Source of the DNA: Octopus sinensis
Lineage: Eukaryota
NCBI RefSeq assembly: GCF_006345805.1
Contig: NW_021829958.1
Location: forward strand, 1-5,751
DNA length: 5,751 nt
Direction of reading: 5' to 3'
Shown here: positions 1 through 5,751 of the stretch, piece after piece
Position numbering within the stretch: position 1 is the stretch's first letter
Layout: each line of letters starts with the position of its first letter
Position numbers and translations under genes: made by a program
The notes under the pieces: generated by a model
Seen by the model: only the letters and a program-made list of their open reading frames with translations
What the model was told of the DNA's origin: nothing
Database searches by the model: none

Positions 1-315
1 TATGCAGATATGTGACACACGTTCTTGGACTAACTTGTAGCTGTTTTGCAATGTCAGAAGTCTTCGAACGGGTGTCGTTTTTCACATTCTCTTCAAACAG
101 CGAAGCTTCCTTTCCGAGGGCCCAGGTCGGTCGGGACGAAAATCTATTGATTCTTTTCCTTGGCTTTTGAATTGCACTATAATTCTATTAACAGTAGCAA
201 GAGGAATTTGAAGATTTTCGGCAATTTTTCGCTGGCAAAGACCAGCCTCAGATTGCCCAACAATACGACTTCTTTGAAAATCTGACAGTTGAGCGGAATA
301 TTTTGTGCGTGGCAT
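1..315 (-). pseudogene. Tc1/mariner-family transposase, N-terminal DNA-binding region, frameshifted; runs off the left window edge
   Basis: From the ATG at 315 the frame reads [53 protein letters not shown]...[17 protein letters not shown]. This fits a Tc1-like paired HTH followed by a GRP-like linker. TGA occurs at 84-82, but a 1-nt shift near 88 continues as [29 protein letters not shown], which resembles the second HTH, open to the window edge. The DDE domain is not in the window. Confidence 0.85.
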
Positions 316-465
316 GGCTACTCTTCGCAAATGTTTTAATATAGTGGAACCTGGAACGAAAACGAATAATTACATTGAAATTCTACACTGTTAAGAACAT
401 ATTAAGACGCTTAGGTCAGAAATTTTGAAAATTAAAGGTGTTTATTTACTTCCTGCATGTCTGTG
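1..465 (-). mobile_element. Tc1/mariner DNA transposon 5' portion with a candidate terminal inverted repeat at about 437-465
   Basis: The minus strand reads TA|CACAGACATGCAGGAAGTAAATAAACACC about 150 nt upstream of the transposase ATG. It has a TA at 466-467 and resembles Tc1-type TIR starts. Simple repeats begin shortly after. The partner TIR is outside the window, so the boundary is inferred. Confidence 0.5.
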
Positions 466-490
466 TATGTTTGTACATGATCATGCGAGA

Positions 491-600
491 ATATAAATAT
501 ATACACACATACACACACATTTATAACACACACATAGACACACACATACACACACGCACACACACACACACACACAACACACACATATATATATAGACAC
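491..600. repeat. (CA)n/(TA)n imperfect microsatellite
   Basis: Directly visible acacacac/atatat runs. Confidence 0.95.
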
Positions 601-825
601 TAGCGAACATAAATTTAAGACCGATCATAAAAGTTCTATTTCTTACAAAATATTTTGTTGCTAACACCATACAAATTATTTTTATCTTTTACGCCTTATG
701 CAGAATTTATTTCTCTTTCGAATGATGCAGACAATAACTATTTTTATACAACTTGAAGAATTATAATGCTAAATAAATATAAACATTTCAAATTTATTTG
801 GCTATATCACATATATTCTACCGAA

Positions 826-827
<2 letters not shown>

Positions 828-858
<31 letters not shown>

Positions 859-872
859 CTATATATATATAT

Positions 873-912
<40 letters not shown>

Positions 913-1027
913 TATGTATATATATATGTATATTATATATCTATATATATTATAATTATATATATATATATATCTATCTATATCTATCTATATGTATATA
1001 TATATGTGTGTGTGTATATATATCTAT
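828..1027. repeat. (TA)n microsatellite with TC/TG interruptions
   Basis: About 200 nt of alternating TA. Confidence 0.97.
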
Positions 1028-1110
1028 TTTACAATTGCAGCGTGGAAGGTGTTTATAGCCATTTAAGAAACACACAAAGCCGTTCGATTCACTTCAACAT
1101 TTAAGTTTAA

Positions 1111-1160
1111 TTTGTCAAAATATTTTCGTCGCTTTAGACCGCGACCTGTTCACTGACAAA
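1111..1160 (-). ncRNA. Minimal type I hammerhead ribozyme-like motif, G3:C8 core variant
   Basis: The minus strand reads UUUGUCA (stem I) GUGAACA (core) G GUCGC-ggucuaaa-GCGAC (stem II) GAAA AUAU UU (palindromic stem III plus NUH) UGACAAA (stem I'). The predicted cut lies between 1118 and 1117. Confidence 0.65.
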
Positions 1161-1180
1161 AATCCGATGCAGCACGGAGT

Positions 1181-1228
1181 TTTGTCAGTGAACAGGTCGC
1201 GGACTTTAGCGACGAAATATTTGACAAA
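1181..1228 (+). ncRNA. Minimal type I hammerhead ribozyme-like motif, G3:C8 core variant (second copy)
   Basis: UUUGUCA 1181-1187, GUGAACA 1188-1194, extra G 1195, GUCGC 1196-1200 pairing with GCGAC 1209-1213, GAAA 1214-1217, UA-U-U 1218-1221, UGACAAA 1222-1228. Confidence 0.6.
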
Positions 1229-1370
1229 TTAAACTTAAATGTTGAAGTGAATCGAACGGCTTTTGTGTGTTTCTTAAATGGTTTATAAACACCTTCCATG
1301 CTTCAATTGTTTTCGTTTCATCAGCACCGATCTCAGATCAAATTACTTGCTATGCGAGTACATCTCCTAA

Positions 1371-1402
1371 ATATATTATTATATTATATATACTTATATA
1401 TA

Positions 1403-1473
<71 letters not shown>

Positions 1474-1500
1474 CTATATATATATGTATATATATATAAA

Positions 1501-1582
<82 letters not shown>

Positions 1583-1589
1583 TATATAC
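1371..1589. repeat. (TA)n microsatellite
   Basis: Long alternating TA tract. It is the source of the YIYI ORFs. Confidence 0.97.
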
Positions 1590-1764
1590 AGCCAGGTGTG
1601 GCTGTGTGGTAAGAAGCTTGCTTCTCAGCCACATGGTTCCGGGCTCAGTCCCACTGCGTGGCTACTTGGGCGTGTGTTTTTGTACCATAGCCCCGGGCCA
1701 ACCAAAGCCTTGTGAGTGCATTTGGTAGACGGAAACTGAAAGAAGCCCATCGTATATATATTAT

Positions 1765-1805
<41 letters not shown>

Positions 1806-2003
1806 ATAGAGAGAGAGAGAGATATGTATTTATCTGTGTTTGTCCCCCCCCCCATCACTTGGCAACCGATGTTGGTGTGTTTCCGTTCCCGTAACTTAAT
1901 GGTTCGGCAACAAAAGACCTATAGACTAAGTACTAGGCTTACAAAGAATCAGGTGGTGCTCCGGCATGGCCACAGTCAGGTGACTGAAACAAGTAACAGA
2001 ATA
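1590..2003 (+). mobile_element. tRNA-derived SINE family A, copy 1 (diverged; internal (TA)n/(GA)n at about 1753-1825)
   Basis: Collinear with 3003-3413. It has an A-box-like tggctgtgtgg, a degenerate B-box ggctcagtccc, the block tttggtagacggaaactgaaagaagccc, and the 3' end tgactgaaacaagtaa. It lacks the ggggtcgatttgctcgact segment. Confidence 0.9.
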
Positions 2004-2311
2004 AATAAGATGTCTGTGTGTCAGGAACTTAGAACTGGCACATTTCATTTGAAACCGACATATTGTTTATGCTACCCGAGACATGTTGTATTCTCCGTTT
2101 TTGTTTTGTTCTTGTTTTAATTATTCTTAACACGAAGACATTTTAAAGCTTGTTTCCTGGTGTGAATTACACTGCTGCGTATTTGGCGTGGAGGTGGGGG
2201 GGCCAGGATGGATTCTTTCTTACATGTAGGAGTGGGCGGTTGGTTTTGGGGTGGAGATTGCCATTGATATCTTTGGGCAGTGACACTTCCGAAATTCTTT
2301 TAAAACAACAC

Positions 2312-2360
2312 TATCAACAACAACAGCAACAGCAATAATATTAGTAATAGTAGAAATAAT
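2312..2360. repeat. Short (CAA/CAG)n to (TAA/TAG)n simple repeat
   Basis: caacaacaacagcaacagcaataatattagtaatagtag. Confidence 0.75.
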
Positions 2361-2363
2361 CAT

Positions 2364-2416
2364 CCTTTCTGTTATAGGCACAAGGCCTGTAATTTCGGGG
2401 AAGAAGGGGATAGTCA
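2364..2416 (-). mobile_element. SINE family B 3'-terminal fragment
   Basis: cctttctgttataggcacaaggcctgtaatttcggggaagaaggggatagtc aligns with 3424-3470 (tcttctactctaagcacaagacccgaaattttggaggaagggccagtt). Confidence 0.7.
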
Positions 2417-2430
2417 TTTTTGCAGGGTTT

Positions 2431-2593
2431 TATATGTATATATATATAGTTAATCCAAACAAGAAAGCACAAAAAAAAATAATATAGTATATATATATAT
2501 ATATATATATAGTTAATCAACCAAGAAAGCACAAAAAATATATATATATATGTATATATATATATAGTTAATTCAAACAAAAGCGCAAAAAAA
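2431..2593. repeat. Three copies of a roughly 28-30 nt unit GTTAATCCAAACAAGAAAGCACAAAAAA, each preceded by (TA)n
   Basis: Units lie at 2449-2479, 2512-2538 and 2567-2593, separated by TA tracts of different lengths. Confidence 0.92.
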
Positions 2594-2775
2594 ACACAAC
2601 AACGCGAGACTGGAACAAAATATTATTATTGGACGCTCAGGAAAGAAGGAAAGAAGAGGGTTTACGTTTCGAGCGGAGCTTCTTCGTCGGAAACATAGGA
2701 GAAGAAAGATCCGAAGAAGGGAAGACAGAGGAAAAAAAATCGCCAACGGTACACACGAGGACACATTTTGAAATA
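2567..2775 (-). mobile_element. Second probable PLE-derived short element carrying a degenerate hammerhead-like motif
   Basis: It abuts (TA)n at the minus-strand 3' end and contains CCGACGA-A-stem II-GAAACGU on the minus strand. The right boundary is approximate. Confidence 0.5.
2660..2694 (-). ncRNA. Degenerate minimal hammerhead-like motif
   Basis: The minus strand reads GUUU CCGACGA A GA(A)GC-ucc-GCUC GAAA CG U AAAC. It has U4 changed to C, a bulge in stem II, and is one nucleotide short at the cleavage site/stem I. This copy is probably inactive. Confidence 0.45.
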
Positions 2776-2787
2776 AATATTAAGATA

Positions 2788-2888
2788 GGCTCAGGAATGG
2801 TTATGTGATAAGAAGCGTGCTATAGCGTCGGGCCGACCAAAGCCTTGTAAGTGGATTTGGTAGACGGAAACTGAAAGAAGCCCATCCT
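2788..2888 (+). mobile_element. SINE family A, copy 2 (internally deleted, 3' half missing)
   Basis: ggctcaggaatggttatgtgataagaagcgtgc joins directly to tatagcgtcgggccgaccaaagccttg...gaaagaagccc. The B-box/CORE segment is absent. Confidence 0.88.
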
Positions 2889-2935
2889 GTATGTATGTAT
2901 GTATGTATGTATGTATGTATATATGAATGTATGTA

Positions 2936-3000
<65 letters not shown>

Positions 3001-3002
3001 TA
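2889..3002. repeat. (GTAT)n followed by (TA)n microsatellite
   Basis: Directly visible. Confidence 0.96.
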
Positions 3003-3413
3003 GGCGCAGGAGTGGCTGTGTGGTAAGTTGCTTGCTAACCAACCACATGGTTGCGGGTTCAGTCCCACTGCGTGGCATCTTGGGCAAGTGTCTTCTGCTA
3101 TAGCCTCGGGCCGACCAATGCCATGTGATTGAATTTGGTAGACGGAAACTGAAAGAAGCCTGTCGTATATATGTATATATATGTGTGTTTGTGTGTGTGT
3201 GTGTGTTTGCGTGTCTGTGTTTGTCCCCCTAGCATTGCTTGACAACCGATTCTGGTGTGTTTACGTCCCCGTAACTTAGCGGTTCGGCAAAAGAGACCGA
3301 CAGAATAAGTACTGGGCTTACAAAGAATAAGTCCCGGGGTCGATTTGCTCGACTAAAGGCGGTGCTCCAGCATGGCCGAAGTCAAATGACTGAAACAAGT
3401 AAAAGAGTAAAGA
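3003..3413 (+). mobile_element. tRNA-derived SINE family A, copy 3 (most complete; CORE-like; resembles octopus tRNA-SINEs)
   Basis: Starts GGCGCAGGAG. A box TGGCTGTGTGG at 3013-3023, B-box-like GGTTCAGTCCC at 3056-3066, CORE-like TCTTGGGCAAGT at 3078-3089, internal (TA)/(TG) tract at about 3166-3215, and tail GACTGAAACAAGTAAAAGAGTAAAGA. Four homologous copies are in the window. Confidence 0.92.
3013..3066 (+). promoter_or_regulatory. RNA polymerase III internal promoter (A box and B box) of the SINE head
   Basis: TGGCTGTGTGG and GGTTCAGTCCC at tRNA-like spacing. The motifs recur in the copy at 5586. Confidence 0.7.
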
Positions 3414-3417
3414 ATAT

Positions 3418-3608
3418 ATATTCTCTTCTACTCTAAGCACAAGACCCGAAATTTTGGAGGAAGGGCCAGTTGATTAGATCGACTCCAGTACGCAACTGGC
3501 ATTTAATTTATCCACCCCGAAAGGATGAACGGCAAAGTCGACTTCGGCAGAATTTCAACTCAGAACGTAAAGACAGACGAAATACCACTAAGCATTTCAC
3601 CCGGCGTA
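3418..3608 (-). mobile_element. SINE family B (Nin/Deu-like domain), 5'-truncated
   Basis: It is the reverse-complement homolog of 3627-3833, including ccccgaaaggatgaacggcaaagtcgac and aatttcaactcagaacgt. Confidence 0.88.
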
Positions 3609-3626
3609 CTTGTGCCTAGAGTAGAG

Positions 3627-3833
3627 AAAAAACGTTAGTACTCTGGGTGAAATGTTTAGTGGTATTTCCTGTGACTCTACGTTCTGAGTTCAAATTCCGC
3701 CGAGGTCGACTTTGCCTTTCATCCTTTCGGGGTAGATAAATTAAATACCAGTTGTGTACTGTGGCCAATCTAATCGACTAGTCCCTCTTTCCAAAATAAA
3801 TTACGAGCATGTGCCTAGAGTAGAAGAGAATAT
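3627..3833 (+). mobile_element. SINE family B (Nin/Deu-like domain), slightly 5'-truncated
   Basis: B-box-like GTTCAAATTC at 3688-3697. GCCTTTCATCCTTTCGGGGTAGATAAA at 3714-3740 resembles the Nin/Deu SINE central domain, from memory. The 3' end is gtgcctagagtagaagagaatat. Confidence 0.88.
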
Positions 3834-4085
3834 TAATGGTAATAGTGCATGTGATAGTACATGTAATAGTAATAATAATGGTAATAGTACATGTTGGTGG
3901 TTGGTTGTGGTGGCTGTACTAGTGCAATACTCTAACAGCATAAGTAGTATTAGTAGTAGTAGTAATTGTAGCAGTAATAATTGTAGTTGTATTAATAGTT
4001 GTGTTGGTGGCACTAGTTGTACTATTAGGAGTAGTAGTAGTAGTAGTAATAGTAGTAGTAGTAGTAGTAGCAATAGTGGTATTAC
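3834..4085. repeat. Degenerate (TAG/TAA/TGG)n trinucleotide low-complexity tract
   Basis: agtagtagt/aataatagt runs. It is the source of the poly-S and poly-L ORFs. Confidence 0.92.
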
Positions 4086-4489
4086 CAGTAAAAATCTTTT
4101 TTTAATTTTTGCTAAACTGCTGTGTTTCATCATCTCGCATCCCCCCCAATCTACCCTCACCCCACCCTTTAAAACCTAAAAAGAAAAGAAACACACAAAA
4201 GAATGAACGAAAAAATGAAAGAAAAGAAAATCGTTTCATTTAAGTTTCTGAAATATTTTTCGTTTTCTTTTAGTTTCTTTCTTGAATTTTTTTTTTTTGC
4301 ATTTCATTTCTCATTTGAGAGCTACTCCGCCCTGTCCTGCCTTCTTCTTCCCCACACCCACCACCACTGCCGCCGCCCCCGCCGCTGCCACCAGGACTCC
4401 GACATAGTTTTTTTTTTCTCAAGTTCTCAAATATAGCAACACAACGAGAACTGTTCCCCCATCCACCCCTACTTCAATCCACAGAAGTT

Positions 4490-5585
4490 CACCATTACGC
4501 CACCCTCTTCGCTCCTCGCCCTCACCCGCACATCCACCACAACGTCCTTCATCACTACTAACGTCACCAGAACCATCACCACCAACACCACTACCACCAC
4601 CATCACCACCATCATCACCATCATCATCATATTTTCACTACCACCACCACTTCACATCCAGCACTACCGTCACCACTACCATCACAACCACCACAACCTC
4701 GAATCCACAACTATTGGTGTCGCCACCATCAGCACCGTCGGAACCGTCATTGCCATCATCACCATCTACCCTATCACACCACCACCATCATCGCCATCAG
4801 CAGCAGCGTCACAACCACCATCATCAAAACATCTGTCACCACCAGCATCTACGCCACCACTATCATCACCACCAGCACCAGCACCACCATCACAACCATC
4901 ATCAACACCACCTCCACCACCACCACCATCATCATGACCACCACCACTATCCATCAACAACACCACCACCACCACCACCATTAACACATCCGTCACCACC
5001 AGCATCTACACCACCACTATCATCACCACCACCACCACCACCACCACCACCACCACAACCATCATCAACACCACTACCACCACCACCACCATCATCAACA
5101 CCACTACCACCACCACCACCATCATCATCACCACCGCCACCACCACCACCATCAAGACATCCGTCACCATCAGCATCTACACCACCACCACGACTTCCAC
5201 TGCCACTCCCACAACCAACACCACCGATAATTCCATCGCAACCATCATCATCATCATCATCATCATTACTGCCATCATCTCCACCACCACCGCTACCATC
5301 GTTGTCAACACTGACATAACCCATACAAGTAGCGTCTGTATCATCATCACGAATCAACCAGAATCACCATCATAACCATTACCATTACGTCCATCACCAC
5401 CACTACCACCACCACCGACGACAGCCACAACCACAAACCCGTCGGCTCGTACATCCCCATCAACATCCTTTACAAAAACACCTTTACCCTTAGCATCATC
5501 ATCGCCTCAGCATCATCATCCCCTCGGCATCATCATCGCCTCAGCATCATCATCAACATCATCATCACTAACAATATCGCCATCA
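4490..5585. repeat. About 1.1 kb degenerate (CAC/CAT)n trinucleotide tract with internal higher-order repeats
   Basis: caccaccac/catcatcat occur throughout. It is the source of the poly-H/P and poly-G/D/V ORFs. Confidence 0.95.
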
Positions 5586-5741
5586 AGCGTAGGAGTGGCT
5601 GTGTGGTAAGTAGCTTGCTTACCAACCACACGGTTCCGGGTTCATTCCCACTGCGTGGAACCTTGGGCAAGTGTGTTCTACAATAGCCTCGGTGGATTTG
5701 GTAGACTGAATGACTGAAACAAGTAAAAGAGTAAAAAGAGT
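5586..5741 (+). mobile_element. SINE family A, copy 4 (intact tRNA head and CORE-like region, two internal deletions, intact tail)
   Basis: agcgtaggagtggctgtgtggtaagtagcttgc...ggttcattccc...ccttgggcaagt...gcctcgg|tggatttggtagac|tgaatgactgaaacaagtaaaagagtaaaaagag. Confidence 0.9.
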
Positions 5742-5751
5742 ATAAAGGGTG

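Larger units (their letters stand above)
1031..1310. repeat. 280-bp near-perfect inverted repeat (arms about 140 bp, centre at 1171, 1-nt spacer)
   Basis: 1031-1170 (acaattgcagcgtggaaggtgtttatag...tgacaaaaatccgatgc) is the reverse complement of 1172-1310 (gcacggagttttgtca...accttccatgcttcaattgt). By hand alignment I count about 7 substitutions and 5 single-base indels. Confidence 0.97.
1031..1370. mobile_element. Probable non-autonomous Penelope-like (PLE) pLTR remnant: a long arm (1172-1370) plus an inverted truncated copy (1031-1170), sitting within (TA)n
   Basis: The inverted structure is asymmetric, each arm carries a hammerhead-like motif, and TA tracts flank both sides. Inverted partial terminal repeats and minimal hammerheads are established PLE traits. 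No RT or GIY-YIG ORF is present, so the assignment is inferred. Confidence 0.6.

Noticed and set aside
1267-1894. ORFs rich in YIYIYI
   Set aside because: These are translations of stop-free (TA)n frames and adjacent SINE sequence.
2186-2256. G-rich runs as a possible G-quadruplex
   Set aside because: The G tracts are irregular and widely spaced, and cannot be distinguished from background.
2431-2593. CRISPR-like repeat-spacer array
   Set aside because: The apparent spacers are just (TA)n, the context is eukaryotic, and there are no cas genes.
3003-3075. tRNA gene
   Set aside because: A and B boxes are present, but I could not build a convincing cloverleaf. The sequence continues into a repeated SINE body.
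2791-3245. Minus-strand ORFs of 98 and 141 aa
   Set aside because: They are antisense translations of SINE A copies and microsatellites.
3558-3590. Hammerhead-like GACGAAA in antisense SINE B
   Set aside because: There is no CUGANGA-equivalent core and no supporting stems.
3754-4179. Poly-Ser and poly-Leu ORFs that look like membrane or signal peptides
   Set aside because: They are translations of the (TAG)n tract.
4318-4410. GC-rich patch with a short minus-strand ATG ORF (MSESWWQRRGRRQWWWVWGRRRQDRAE) or a promoter-like island
   Set aside because: It is very short and low-complexity (CCG/CCA), with no independent support.
4714-5357. His/Pro-rich 201-aa ORF and antisense Gly/Asp-rich ORFs (extensin- or formin-like appearance)
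   Set aside because: They are products of a CAC/CAT repeat that is open in several frames on both strands. The 201-aa ORF has no ATG start, the composition switches between frames, and there is no domain or splice evidence.

Overview
This is AT-rich, repeat-dense eukaryotic non-coding DNA (intergenic or intronic). It is most likely from an octopus: the SINE families match my recollection of octopus repeats, which I could not check against a database. No intact host gene is supported. The window contains the 5' part of a frameshifted Tc1/mariner transposase on the minus strand, four copies of one tRNA-derived CORE-like SINE, three pieces of a second SINE with a Nin/Deu-like domain (two arranged as an inverted pair), and many (TA)n, (CA)n, (TAG)n and (CAC/CAT)n tracts. 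The most interesting signal is two unrelated short elements, both abutting (TA)n, that carry minimal type I hammerhead-ribozyme-like motifs of the kind found in Penelope-like retroelement terminal repeats. One is a 280-bp near-perfect palindrome (1031-1310) whose two hammerhead copies have a compensatory G3:C8 core (GUGAACA instead of CUGANGA). The other (about 2449-2775) has its 3' end repeated three times between TA tracts. All ORFs in the track except 82..330 are explained by low-complexity sequence or by these repeats.
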